Of a stretch of 64,000 nt of DNA, positions 25,921 to 35,825 are shown piece after piece. Source of the DNA: Anaeroplasmataceae bacterium (GTDB lineage Bacteria; Bacillota_I; Bacilli_A; Acholeplasmatales; Anaeroplasmataceae); contig JAVBPE010000018.1 of NCBI GenBank assembly GCA_031549865.1, positions 20,208-84,207 on the forward strand, given 5' to 3'. Position 1 is the first letter of the stretch. The number at the start of each line of letters is the position of its first letter. A program made the translations under genes and the position numbers. The notes under the pieces are model-generated. The model was not told where the DNA came from. It was given only the letters and a program-made list of their open reading frames with translations, and searched no databases.

Positions 25921-28326
25921 ATGCTAGGTGCAATTATAGGAGATATTGTTGGTTCAAGATATGAATTCAATAATGTCAAAACAAAAGAATTTGAATTTTT
26001 AAATTATAAATGCTTTTTTACAGATGATTCTGTAATGACAATGGCTATTGCGAAGGCAATCATTGAAAGTAAAAAAGACTACAGTGATCTAAATGAAAAG
26101 GCTGTAAAATATATGAGAACTATTGGACGTAACTATCCAGACTCAGGATATGGTGGAAGATTTTATGAATGGATGTTCTCTGATAATCCACAACCTTATA
26201 ATAGTTTTGGTAACGGAGCGGCAATGAGGGTTAGTGCTTGCGGATGGGTAGCAAATTCTATTAAAGAGGCCGTTATGCTTTCAAAGAGAGTTACTGAAGT
26301 TACGCATAATAACGCCGAGGGGATAAAAGGTGCTGAGGCGGTAGCTGTTGCAATATATTTGGCCAGAACTGGAAAAAATATTTTTGAAATTAGAGATTAT
26401 ATAAACAAAAATTATTATCCAATGAATTTTAGACTAGATGATATTCGTGAAACATATCAGTTCAATGAGACTTGTCAAGACACAGTGCCGCAAGCGATAA
26501 CTGCATTTCTAGAGTCGAATAGTTTTGAAGATGCAGTAAGAAATGCTGTTTCGATCGGAGGCGATAGCGATACATTGGCAGCCATAACTGGCAGTATTGC
26601 TGAAGCTTACTATGGGATTCCAACAGAAATTAAGAAGCATGCAATAACTTATTTAGACGAAAGATTGCTTGCAATTTTAACAGAGTTTGAAAATATATAT
26701 CCTTCACTTATGGAAAAAATTATTGAATCCAATAGTGTTGGAATAAAAACAAAAGAAAAATCTATTAAGAATGGAGGAAGATCAAAAATGATAGAAGACA
26801 CGATGAATAACGCAGACATTGATTTGCTTGAAAGTGAATTGTCTGCTGAAGAAATTTCTAGTAAAAAATTGTTTAATCATTTATTTGAGGCTTGCAACAT
26901 TCTTAGAGGGCCAATTAACCAAGATGAATACAAAAGTTATGTAACACCAATTTTATTTTTTAAGAGAATTTCTGATGTATATGATGAAGAAACCGAAAAA
27001 GCTTTAAACGATTCTGGAGGTGATGTGGATTTTGCTAGTTTTGATGAAAATCACAGTTTTGTTATTCCAGACAATTGCCATTGGAATGACGTTAGAGATG
27101 CAAGTTCTAACATTGGTACAGCTATTGTAAATGCAATGAGTGGCATTGAAAGGGCCAATCCTGATACCTTAAGTGGAATATTCAGTAGTTTTGATGATGC
27201 TACTTGGACAGATAAATCAAAACTATCTGATGAAAGGTTGAAAAATTTGATTGAACATATGTCCTCAATTAAAGTTGGAAACAATAATTATTCTGCAGAT
27301 GTAATGGGAGATGCATACGAATTTTTAATTAAAAAATTCGCAGATCTATCCAAGAAAAACGCTGGAGAATTTTACACACCTAGAACAATAGTAAAATTGC
27401 TAGTAAATTTACTTGATCCAAAACCAGGTGATGAGGTTTATGATCCTGCATGTGGAACTGGTGGTATGTTGATAGAAGCAATTCATCATATAAATAATGA
27501 TAGATTAACCTATGGAAGAATATATGGTCAAGAGAAAAATCTTGCCACATCAGCAATCGCTAGGATGAATCTATTTTTACATGGCGGTAAGGACTTTAAG
27601 ATATTACAAGGAGATACGCTTCGCAATCCAAAATTTTTAAGAGCAGGAAAAGTGCAAAAATTTGATTGCGTAATTGCAAATCCTCCATTTGGTTTAGATA
27701 AATGGGGTGCAGATCAATTTGAAGTAGATCCATATGGTCGTAACATATGGGGGACACCATCTGATACAAGCGCTGATTTTGCATGGCTTCAACACATGGT
27801 TTCATCAATGAAAAACAAAAATGGAAGATGTGCGGTAATTTTACCGCAGGGAGTGTTATTCCATGGTAGTAAAGCTGGGGAAATGCGAAATAAGCTCATT
27901 TCATCGGATGTAATTGAATGTGTGATCACTTTAGTTGGCGGCGTATTTTTTGCTGCAGGAGTAAATGCATGTATTTTACTATTAAATAATAATAAGCAAA
28001 ATGTGCACAAAGGGAAAATATGTATGATTGATGCAACAAAAATCTATACTGCAAAACGAGCACAAAATATAATGACAGAACAGAACATAGAGGAAGTATT
28101 TAAATTGTATCAGAACTATACAAATGTTATTGAAAAATGTGAGATTGTAGCGATAAAAGATTTATTAGATACATTAATGCCAAACGTCTATATAAAAAAA
28201 ATAATAGCTGGAAAAGTTTCATCATTAGAAATTAAAAAGCAATATATAATTAATTATGAAAAAATGGTTATTAGCGAAATGAAAGCGAAAAAACTTTTAT
28301 TAGAGGGAGGATACTTAGATGAGTAA
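25921..28326 (+). CDS. hsdM: ADP-ribosylglycohydrolase domain fused to Type I R-M methyltransferase subunit HsdM
   Basis: The first ~270 aa are ARH/DraG-like: 'MLGAIIGDIVGS', 'FTDDSVMT', 'GNGAAMRV', 'GGDSDT' (26557-26574). The rest has an HsdM_N-like 'ILRGPINQDEYKSYVTPILFFKRISDVYDEE', motif I 'DPACGTGG' and motif IV 'NPPF' (27679-27690). An in-frame GGAGGA-9 nt-ATG lies at 26773-26790. Confidence 0.8.
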   Translation: MLGAIIGDIVGSRYEFNNVKTKEFEFLNYKCFFTDDSVMTMAIAKAIIESKKDYSDLNEKAVKYMRTIGRNYPDSGYGGRFYEWMFSDNPQPYNSFGNGAAMRVSACGWVANSIKEAVMLSKRVTEVTHNNAEGIKGAEAVAVAIYLARTGKNIFEIRDYINKNYYPMNFRLDDIRETYQFNETCQDTVPQAITAFLESNSFEDAVRNAVSIGGDSDTLAAITGSIAEAYYGIPTEIKKHAITYLDERLLAILTEFENIYPSLMEKIIESNSVGIKTKEKSIKNGGRSKMIEDTMNNADIDLLESELSAEEISSKKLFNHLFEACNILRGPINQDEYKSYVTPILFFKRISDVYDEETEKALNDSGGDVDFASFDENHSFVIPDNCHWNDVRDASSNIGTAIVNAMSGIERANPDTLSGIFSSFDDATWTDKSKLSDERLKNLIEHMSSIKVGNNNYSADVMGDAYEFLIKKFADLSKKNAGEFYTPRTIVKLLVNLLDPKPGDEVYDPACGTGGMLIEAIHHINNDRLTYGRIYGQEKNLATSAIARMNLFLHGGKDFKILQGDTLRNPKFLRAGKVQKFDCVIANPPFGLDKWGADQFEVDPYGRNIWGTPSDTSADFAWLQHMVSSMKNKNGRCAVILPQGVLFHGSKAGEMRNKLISSDVIECVITLVGGVFFAAGVNACILLLNNNKQNVHKGKICMIDATKIYTAKRAQNIMTEQNIEEVFKLYQNYTNVIEKCEIVAIKDLLDTLMPNVYIKKIIAGKVSSLEIKKQYIINYEKMVISEMKAKKLLLEGGYLDE

Positions 28327-29815
28327 TAGAATTAAATTAGAAGATCTTGAAACATATTTATGGGATTCAGCGGTTTTATTGAGAACAAATATTGATGCTG
28401 GAGCATATAAGCAATATATTTTCCCTCTATTATTTTTCAAAAGAATTTGTGATGTTTATGATGAAGAAACAAATACTGCTTTTGATAAATATGGAAATGA
28501 TGCATTTGAATTTGATGAAGATGAATTGCACACTTTTATAATTCCTAAAGGATATCATTGGAATGATGTTAGAGAAACAACAGAAAATGTTGGTTTGTCT
28601 ATTATAACAGCATTTAGAAAAATTGAAAAAGCTAATAAAGAAAAACTACGTGGAGTATTTGGGGATGCCGCTTGGACTAATAAGAACAGATTACCAGACA
28701 AATTACTTAAGGATATTATAGAACATTTTAGCACTCAAACTTTATCCATTGAGAATTGTCCGGAAGATGAACTAGGACAAGGCTATGAATACTTAGTAAA
28801 GAAATTTGCTGACGATAGTGGACATACAGCACAAGAATTTTATACTAACAGAACTGTGGTTCATCTTATGACAGAAATGCTTCAACCAAAATCAGGAGAA
28901 TCTATATACGATCCGACATGTGGAAGTGCAGGCATGTTAATTTCCGCTATTGCATATCTGAAGTTGAAAGGTGCAGAATGGAGAAATGTCTCTATATATG
29001 GTCAAGAGATAAATTCATTATCATCTTCAATAGCAAAAATGAACCTTTTTCTACATGGCGTAAAAGATTTTAATATCGTAAATGATGACACTCTTGCTAT
29101 GCCTGCGTTTATAGAAAAAGGGAAATTAAAACAATTTGATATGGTCCTAGCAAATCCACCATATTCTATAAGCCAATGGGATAGAAAAGCATTTGAATCT
29201 GATAAATATGGTAGAAACTTCTTAGGTGTTCCGCCACAAGGTCGAGCTGATTATGCATTTATTCAACATATTCTTAAAAGCATGAGCTCTCAAAGTGGAA
29301 GATGCGCTATTTTATTACCTCATGGTGTTTTAAGTAGAAATGAGGAAAAAATAATAAGAGAAAAACTTCTTAAAGCAGATTTGTTAGAATGTGTTGTGGG
29401 TATTGGCAAAAATTTATTCTATAATAGTCCAATGGAAGCATGCATTATGATTTGTAGAACAAGAAAGCCAAAAGACAGAGTTGGTAAAGTGCTTTTTATA
29501 AATGCTAAAAACGAAATTACTAGAAAAGATTCCTTTAGTTACTTAGAAAACAAACATATAGAAAAAATTGTAGAGGCTTATAATAATTTTGACAAAATAA
29601 ATAATTTTGCAGAAGTTGTTAGTATTGGTGATTTGTTATCAAATAATTCATCTTTGAGTATCGGATATTATGTGAATCATATTGTCGAAAAGGCGAATGA
29701 TAAAGGTTTTAGTATCACTGATTGTTATTTAGAATGGATTAGTACTTCTGAAAAAATTAATGAAAAAATGTCAAATATTGTCGATTTGATAAAAGGTGGT
29801 GTTGACAATGAGTAA
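28319..29815 (+). CDS. hsdM: Type I R-M methyltransferase subunit HsdM (second paralogue)
   Basis: 'LFFKRICDVYDEE', 'EFYTNRTVV', 'DPTCGSAG' and 'NPPY' (29153-29164). Its start overlaps the upstream stop by 8 nt. Confidence 0.9.
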   Translation: MSNRIKLEDLETYLWDSAVLLRTNIDAGAYKQYIFPLLFFKRICDVYDEETNTAFDKYGNDAFEFDEDELHTFIIPKGYHWNDVRETTENVGLSIITAFRKIEKANKEKLRGVFGDAAWTNKNRLPDKLLKDIIEHFSTQTLSIENCPEDELGQGYEYLVKKFADDSGHTAQEFYTNRTVVHLMTEMLQPKSGESIYDPTCGSAGMLISAIAYLKLKGAEWRNVSIYGQEINSLSSSIAKMNLFLHGVKDFNIVNDDTLAMPAFIEKGKLKQFDMVLANPPYSISQWDRKAFESDKYGRNFLGVPPQGRADYAFIQHILKSMSSQSGRCAILLPHGVLSRNEEKIIREKLLKADLLECVVGIGKNLFYNSPMEACIMICRTRKPKDRVGKVLFINAKNEITRKDSFSYLENKHIEKIVEAYNNFDKINNFAEVVSIGDLLSNNSSLSIGYYVNHIVEKANDKGFSITDCYLEWISTSEKINEKMSNIVDLIKGGVDNE

Positions 29816-30959
29816 AATTAAATTAGGTGATGTATTAATTAGGGTGAAAGAATCGGTAGATAAAGATAATACTGATTTAGTTTATTATATTGGTGGAGAG
29901 CATTATGAATCAAGATCACTTACAATTAATAATAAAGGCAAAATAGAAGGTAGTACAATAGGCCCAGCTTTTAGCACAAAGTTCAAAGCGGGTGATGTAT
30001 TGTTAATGTCAAGAAATCCTCATTTAAGAAAAGCTGGAATTGTGAATTTTGATGGTATCTGTTCAGACGTAAGCTACATCATAAGAACTAAAGATGAAAA
30101 TGTTGTAATGCAGCAGTTTATTCCTATTTTATTTCAAAGCGATCTTTTTTGGGATTTTGCTGAAAAAAATAAAAAAGGATCAACTAATTTTTTCTTAAAT
30201 TGGAGTGATTTCGAAAGATTTGAGTTTGAATTGCCTACTTTGGATAAACAACAACAGTTAGTTAATGTTTTATGGGCTATAAATGACAATGTAGAATGTT
30301 ATAAGGAAATGCTATTGCAAAATGATAAATTAATTAGAGCAGAATTCGACGAAATGTGTGAAAACATAAAAGAAACTATTTCTTTAGCAGATTGTTGCAA
30401 AATCCATGCAAGAATTGGCTGGCAAGCATTGACAAAAAAAGAGCATTTAACCTCAGGAGAATTTTTGCTAATAACCGGTACTGATTTTTTAGATGGTGAA
30501 ATAAATTATTCAACCTGCGTCTATGTTTCTGAAGACAGGTACAAAATGGACGAACATATAATTTTAAAAGAGAATGATGTGCTTGTTACTAAAGATGGAA
30601 CGATTGGAAAAGTGGCAATTGTTCGTAATTTACCAAAACCTGCAACATTAAATAGTGGAATATTCGTTATAAGGCCAGATGATAGATTTAATAAAGAATT
30701 TATCTCATATGTTTTTACTGGTCCTGTCTTTGCAGAATTTGTTGATAAAGTTAAAACTGGAGCAACAATTAAGCACTTAAATCAAAATAAAATGTTGCAA
30801 TTCAAGATACCTCTTCCAACATATAAAAAGCAAGAAGATTTTGCAAAATTTGTTTGCATGATAATGGAAATTAAAAGATCATTGCAAGAAGGAATAATCC
30901 ATTTAAATAATGTTTATCAAAGAATCGTAAATCAAAATCTATCATTAAAGGAGGAATAA
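29808..30959 (+). CDS. hsdS: Type I R-M specificity subunit HsdS (two TRDs)
   Basis: I prefer the ATG at 29808, which overlaps the hsdM end. Two Methylase_S-like halves each end in a conserved helix: 'LPTLDKQQQLVNVL' and 'LPTYKKQEDFAKFV'. Confidence 0.85.
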   Translation: MSKIKLGDVLIRVKESVDKDNTDLVYYIGGEHYESRSLTINNKGKIEGSTIGPAFSTKFKAGDVLLMSRNPHLRKAGIVNFDGICSDVSYIIRTKDENVVMQQFIPILFQSDLFWDFAEKNKKGSTNFFLNWSDFERFEFELPTLDKQQQLVNVLWAINDNVECYKEMLLQNDKLIRAEFDEMCENIKETISLADCCKIHARIGWQALTKKEHLTSGEFLLITGTDFLDGEINYSTCVYVSEDRYKMDEHIILKENDVLVTKDGTIGKVAIVRNLPKPATLNSGIFVIRPDDRFNKEFISYVFTGPVFAEFVDKVKTGATIKHLNQNKMLQFKIPLPTYKKQEDFAKFVCMIMEIKRSLQEGIIHLNNVYQRIVNQNLSLKEE

Positions 30960-30960
30960 T

Positions 30961-33876
30961 ATGTCAGTATTTAATGAAGACAATACAATAGAGCAAATGA
31001 TCATTGCCACATTAAGTAGCAACGGCTGGAAGTTTGTTTCACCTGAAGACTTGAATCGTGAATTATCTGATGTGATGGTTGAATCAATGGTTAAGGATGC
31101 CTTAATTAGATTAAATCCTGAAATTGCGGAAGAACCGTCTCGTGCCGATGAAGTAATTTATAAGCTTCGTACATTGATTAATAGTGTTCAGGCACACAAT
31201 TTGGTCACTCAAAACGAAACATTTAAAAAATGGATCTTTGAAGAAAATTCTTATCCATTTGGTAAAGATGGAAGAATGGTACCAATCAGATTCTTTGGTA
31301 CCATAACAAAAGAAAACCTTAGCTTAAATGAATATGTAGTTACTAATCAATGGTCGTATCCTTGCGATGAAGGTGGAAAAAGACTAGACATTGTGCTTTT
31401 AATCAATGGATTTCCTATTGCGATTGGTGAATTAAAAACGCCGGTTCGTAGTGCTATTTCTTGGGTTGATGCTGCTTCGGATATTTTGAGTTATGAAAAA
31501 AGCATTCCTCAAATGTTTGTAACTAATGTATTCAATTTTGCAACAGAAGGAAAGTGTTTTAGATATGCAGCAATAAATGCAAACATGAATTTATGGGGAC
31601 CTTGGCATACAGATACACATAAAATTGAAGGCGGGTTAGCTGACGTTAAAATTAGTATTGAAGATATGATTACTCCTGAAAAAATAATGGATATTTTCCA
31701 ATTCTTCACAATGTTTGCAACGGATAAGAAATATAGAAAATATAAGATTATATGTCGCTATCAACAATATGAAGGAGCGAATTCTATAGTTCAAAGAGTT
31801 TTGACCGGATATCCAAAGAAGGGCTTGATATGGCATTTTCAAGGTTCTGGTAAATCGCTACTTATGGTATTTGCAGCACAAAAACTACGTATGGTTCCTG
31901 AATTAAGAAATCCAACAGTAGTAATAGTAGATGATCGTATTGATCTTGAAACACAAATTACCGCTACATTTAATGCATCAGATATTCCGAATCTTGCAAG
32001 CGCTGGTTCTAAAGAAGAGTTGATATCTTTCTTTAAGGGAGATATGCGAAAAATACTTATTACAACAATATTTAAATTTGGCGAAGTCGAAGGTGAATTA
32101 AATAGACGTGACAATATTATATTAATGGTTGATGAAGCGCATAGAACTCAAGAAGGTAATCTTGGTGAAAAAATGAGGCTTGCACTTCCAAACGCATTTT
32201 TCTTTGGATTAACTGGTACGCCAATTAATAGAGTTGACCGTAATACATTTGCAACTTTTGGTGCAGATGAGGATAGAAGCGGCTATATGAGCAAATATTC
32301 ATTCTCAGATTCTATTAGAGACAAAGCTACCTTACCTCTAAACTTTGAACCAGTTCCGGTGGACTTGCATGTTGATAAGGACACTTTGGATACAGAGTTC
32401 GATGTTTTAACGGAAAGCCTAACAGAGGAGCAAAGGGCGCAACTATCAGCAAGAGTAAACATGAAAGCAATATTTTATAGCCCTGCTCGTATTAAGAAAG
32501 TCTGCGAGCATATTGTAAAACACTACAGAGAGAAAATCGAGCCAAATGGTTATAAAGGACAAGTTGTGTGTTATGACCGAGAATGTTGTATCCGCTATAA
32601 AGAAGAATTTGACAAATTAATGGGTGAAGAAGAAACAACTGTAGTTATAGATACGAATAGCGATAAGGAAGATAGATATAAAAAGTTTAGACGAGATAGA
32701 GATGAAGAAGGACGAGTTCTTGATTCATTTAGGGATCCTAAAAGCTCATTAAAACTTGTAATTGTTACGGCAAAACTATTAACTGGCTTTGACGCTCCAA
32801 TTTTACAAGCAATGTATCTTGATAAACCGATGAAAGATCACACATTGTTACAAGCTATTTGTAGAACTAACCGTACTTATGATGAAGGAAAAACACATGG
32901 ATTAATTGTTGACTACACTGGTATTTTTGATAATGTGGCAAGAGCATTAGACTTCGATGAAAACACTATGAAGAAAATTATTTCTAACATTGAAGAAATA
33001 AAGAAACAATTACCTGCCTTGCTAAAAAAATGTTTGAGTTACTTTATGGGTGTGGATCGCACTGTACAGGGTTGGGAAGGTTTAATGGCTGCACAGGAGT
33101 GCCTACCAACTAACAAAGAAAAAGATGCTTTTGCTGCAGATTATAGAGTGTTAAACAGAGCATGGAATGCATTATCACCAGACGATTTCTTATTTCCATA
33201 TAGCGTTGATTATCAGTGGCTTTCAAAAGTTTACGAATCAGTTAAACCAACTGATGGAACTGGAAAATTAATCTGGAGTACTCTCGGACCAAAGACAATT
33301 GAATTGGTGCACAGAAATATATCTGTTGGAGCAGTCCATGATAATGAAGAAATACTAACGCTTGATGCCAATTTAATTGATGAGTTCATTTCAAAGAATG
33401 GCGATATTAAGAAAGCAACGAAGAAAATTGAAATTAGCCTGGTTTCCAAAATATTAGGACATAGCAACGAGCCGAGATTTGTAAAACTTGGTGAGAAACT
33501 TGAGGCTCTGCGTGAAAAACATGAGCAAGGATTAATCACTAGTATAGAATTCTTAAAGTTACTTTTGGAATTGGCAAAAGAAGCTGCACAAGCAGAAAAA
33601 GAATACGTGCCTGAAGATGAAGTGAATAAAGGTATCGCTGCTCTGACAGAATTGTTTAATAGCGTCAAAAATAGAGCAACTCCAATTATCGTTGAACGCA
33701 TTGTAAAAGATATTGATGACATAGTTAGAATTGTTAGATTCGATGGTTGGCAAAACACAACAGCAGGTAAGCAGGAAGTAAAAAAGGCGTTAAGAAGTGT
33801 TGTATGGATTAAATACAAGATTAAAGATATTGATGTATTTGATAAGTCATACAAGTATATAGAACAATACTATTAA
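30961..33876 (+). CDS. hsdR: Type I restriction enzyme R subunit HsdR
   Basis: N-terminal PD-(D/E)xK 'RLDIVLLINGFPIAIGELK', SF2 motif I 'FQGSGKSL', motif II 'MVDEAHRTQ', motif VI 'QAICRTNR'. The C-terminal helical domain is typical of HsdR. 971 aa. Confidence 0.9.
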   Translation: MSVFNEDNTIEQMIIATLSSNGWKFVSPEDLNRELSDVMVESMVKDALIRLNPEIAEEPSRADEVIYKLRTLINSVQAHNLVTQNETFKKWIFEENSYPFGKDGRMVPIRFFGTITKENLSLNEYVVTNQWSYPCDEGGKRLDIVLLINGFPIAIGELKTPVRSAISWVDAASDILSYEKSIPQMFVTNVFNFATEGKCFRYAAINANMNLWGPWHTDTHKIEGGLADVKISIEDMITPEKIMDIFQFFTMFATDKKYRKYKIICRYQQYEGANSIVQRVLTGYPKKGLIWHFQGSGKSLLMVFAAQKLRMVPELRNPTVVIVDDRIDLETQITATFNASDIPNLASAGSKEELISFFKGDMRKILITTIFKFGEVEGELNRRDNIILMVDEAHRTQEGNLGEKMRLALPNAFFFGLTGTPINRVDRNTFATFGADEDRSGYMSKYSFSDSIRDKATLPLNFEPVPVDLHVDKDTLDTEFDVLTESLTEEQRAQLSARVNMKAIFYSPARIKKVCEHIVKHYREKIEPNGYKGQVVCYDRECCIRYKEEFDKLMGEEETTVVIDTNSDKEDRYKKFRRDRDEEGRVLDSFRDPKSSLKLVIVTAKLLTGFDAPILQAMYLDKPMKDHTLLQAICRTNRTYDEGKTHGLIVDYTGIFDNVARALDFDENTMKKIISNIEEIKKQLPALLKKCLSYFMGVDRTVQGWEGLMAAQECLPTNKEKDAFAADYRVLNRAWNALSPDDFLFPYSVDYQWLSKVYESVKPTDGTGKLIWSTLGPKTIELVHRNISVGAVHDNEEILTLDANLIDEFISKNGDIKKATKKIEISLVSKILGHSNEPRFVKLGEKLEALREKHEQGLITSIEFLKLLLELAKEAAQAEKEYVPEDEVNKGIAALTELFNSVKNRATPIIVERIVKDIDDIVRIVRFDGWQNTTAGKQEVKKALRSVVWIKYKIKDIDVFDKSYKYIEQYY

Positions 33877-33897
33877 AATTTAAGGGAGGTGAACTGC

Positions 33898-35817
33898 ATG
33901 AGTTGCAATTCTGTTGAGAAATATATCGAAAACAAATATCGTGATTATATATTTTCTAAGATTTTAAAATTTTACAATGAAATAAAAAGTCATTTAGATA
34001 TGCATACTTATGCAGTTCCATATCCAACTTTTATAACATTAGACGAAATTACGGTAGAAAAGGTGTATTTTAAGGATGATATATTTGGAAAGAATCTTGA
34101 GTTCAAATTAGTTGTTAGAGCAGATTTTATTCTTAAAGGAGATCGCTTTAATGATTATGAGACAGATACACTTTACCGTAAGTTTACTGTTACGGGTACA
34201 GGAATTTTAAATAATGGAATTAGCAAATTCTACATTTCTGATGTTGAAGAGTATATAAATCAAGCGTATCAATATAAACATGCCTTGTCTGCGTTTGCTA
34301 TTCCATATATTTCAACGGATGATTTAGAATATAGAGCAGAAGAGTTTTTGACTAAGCATTGTAAAGAAGCACTTGAAGAACCGATGCAGTTACCATTAAA
34401 TAAAATTTTGATCAATATGAATGTAACTGTCTTTCATGCACCGTTAGGCAAAAGAATATTTGGAAAAACATTTTTTGCTCAATCAACTGAAAAAATTTAC
34501 AATGATGATAATGAAGTAGAAGATAAGCAAATATACGAAAGAACTATTTTAATAGATCCAGATGTGTTTTTCTTTAGAAATATAGGAACTTATAATAATA
34601 CAGTTATTCATGAGTGTATCCACGTGGAATATCATTCTAATTATTTTGAGCTTCAAAAACTAATAAATAGTTCATTAAAATCAATTGCATGTAAGGTTAA
34701 CAAGGGTTCAAAACAATTGAATACTAATGAACAAAAAGCACTAGATTTTATGGAATGGCAAGCAAGTATGTTGGCACCAAGAATACTGATGCCTGCGAAA
34801 ACAACAAAAATCAAATATCAGCAATTAATATCTGAAATTAATCAAGATTTCCCGTCATATCTAAAAGGAAAAAAGATGGAGATTTTGATTGACAGGTTAG
34901 CAGAGTTTTTTCAAGTCTCAAAACAAGCTGCAAAAATAAGACTTATAGATTTAGGCGTTGATGCTGCTGCTGGTGTGCAAAACTATGTAAATGGCAAAAA
35001 GATTCCTAGTTTTGCATTTAAAAGTCATTCTTTAAATCGTAATCAAACATTCATAATTGATTTTAAAGATTCAGTTAAAGAAATTAAAGTTAATCAAACG
35101 TTAAATTCACTTTCAATCGAAGGAAAGCTAGCATACATAAACGGAATGGTTGTGCTAAACTTACCGAAATATGTTATTAAAGATGATTTCGGTAATAAAG
35201 TTCTGACAAACTATGCTTTGGAGCATGTTGATGAATGTGCGTTTGTCTTTACAAAAGATACCTCACCAAACAAGAACACTTACAGTGAATATTTAGACAC
35301 AATGTGTTTTCTCTGCAGGCCAGAAAGCAAAGATGACTATGTTTCTGGTAACTATGATAGGACTTCAACTTCCAACAGACAACTTGAAAATGCCGGAATA
35401 TCCTTTTTAGATGAGTTAGACGATATTCATAATGCTAAAGCGTTGCTAAAAAAGATGAACGGAGAGTTTGCTGAAGATTTTCTAACTGTTGTAACTGAAT
35501 TAGGATATTTGAAATCAGATGGAATTCCCAATTATTATGCTATTTCTAAATTAACAAGTGTAACAGACCATACTATAAAGAATTATTTGGATGGTACAAG
35601 CACGCCACAAAAAGAAAAGTTGATAGCTATTTGCGGAGGATTATGTTTACATACAAAAGTGGCATATAAACTTCTTGAAAAAGCTAATCTTACAATTTTA
35701 AATAGTATGAATGAAACTGATCTTACTTATTGTGCTCTGATTGAAAGACATTACGATGAAGGTCTTGAAAAATGGAATGAATATTTAAGCGAAGCTAATT
35801 TTAATCAACTACCTTAA
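33898..35817 (+). CDS. Large ImmA/IrrE-type (M78, HExxH) metallopeptidase-domain protein with C-terminal XRE-like HTH
   Basis: I prefer the ATG at 33898 (gggagg 8 nt upstream), 21 nt after hsdR. Has 'HECIH' (34609-34623) and a downstream 'MEWQASMLAPRILMP' matching the ImmA ExxAxxFAxxLLMP block. The C-terminal 'ISKLTSVTDHTIKNYLDGTSTPQKEKLIAICGGL' is HTH-like. The N-terminal ~230 aa is unassigned. Confidence 0.65.
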   Translation: MSCNSVEKYIENKYRDYIFSKILKFYNEIKSHLDMHTYAVPYPTFITLDEITVEKVYFKDDIFGKNLEFKLVVRADFILKGDRFNDYETDTLYRKFTVTGTGILNNGISKFYISDVEEYINQAYQYKHALSAFAIPYISTDDLEYRAEEFLTKHCKEALEEPMQLPLNKILINMNVTVFHAPLGKRIFGKTFFAQSTEKIYNDDNEVEDKQIYERTILIDPDVFFFRNIGTYNNTVIHECIHVEYHSNYFELQKLINSSLKSIACKVNKGSKQLNTNEQKALDFMEWQASMLAPRILMPAKTTKIKYQQLISEINQDFPSYLKGKKMEILIDRLAEFFQVSKQAAKIRLIDLGVDAAAGVQNYVNGKKIPSFAFKSHSLNRNQTFIIDFKDSVKEIKVNQTLNSLSIEGKLAYINGMVVLNLPKYVIKDDFGNKVLTNYALEHVDECAFVFTKDTSPNKNTYSEYLDTMCFLCRPESKDDYVSGNYDRTSTSNRQLENAGISFLDELDDIHNAKALLKKMNGEFAEDFLTVVTELGYLKSDGIPNYYAISKLTSVTDHTIKNYLDGTSTPQKEKLIAICGGLCLHTKVAYKLLEKANLTILNSMNETDLTYCALIERHYDEGLEKWNEYLSEANFNQLP

Positions 35818-35825
35818 AAAAGTTT

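Noticed and set aside
24310-30959. Phase-variable hsdS shufflon (invertible TRDs between the TRD of the first gene and hsdS)
   Set aside because: No recombinase gene, no oppositely oriented hsdS copy and no obvious inverted repeats within the TRD-coding regions were seen. All genes are co-directional.
33231-33854. 207-aa minus-strand ORF (and 33559-33753) antisense to the 3' part of hsdR
   Set aside because: It lies wholly inside a well-supported hsdR frame. It has a Ser/Leu/Phe-rich low-complexity translation, no RBS and no motif. It is a typical antisense artefact of a Lys/Glu-rich coding strand.
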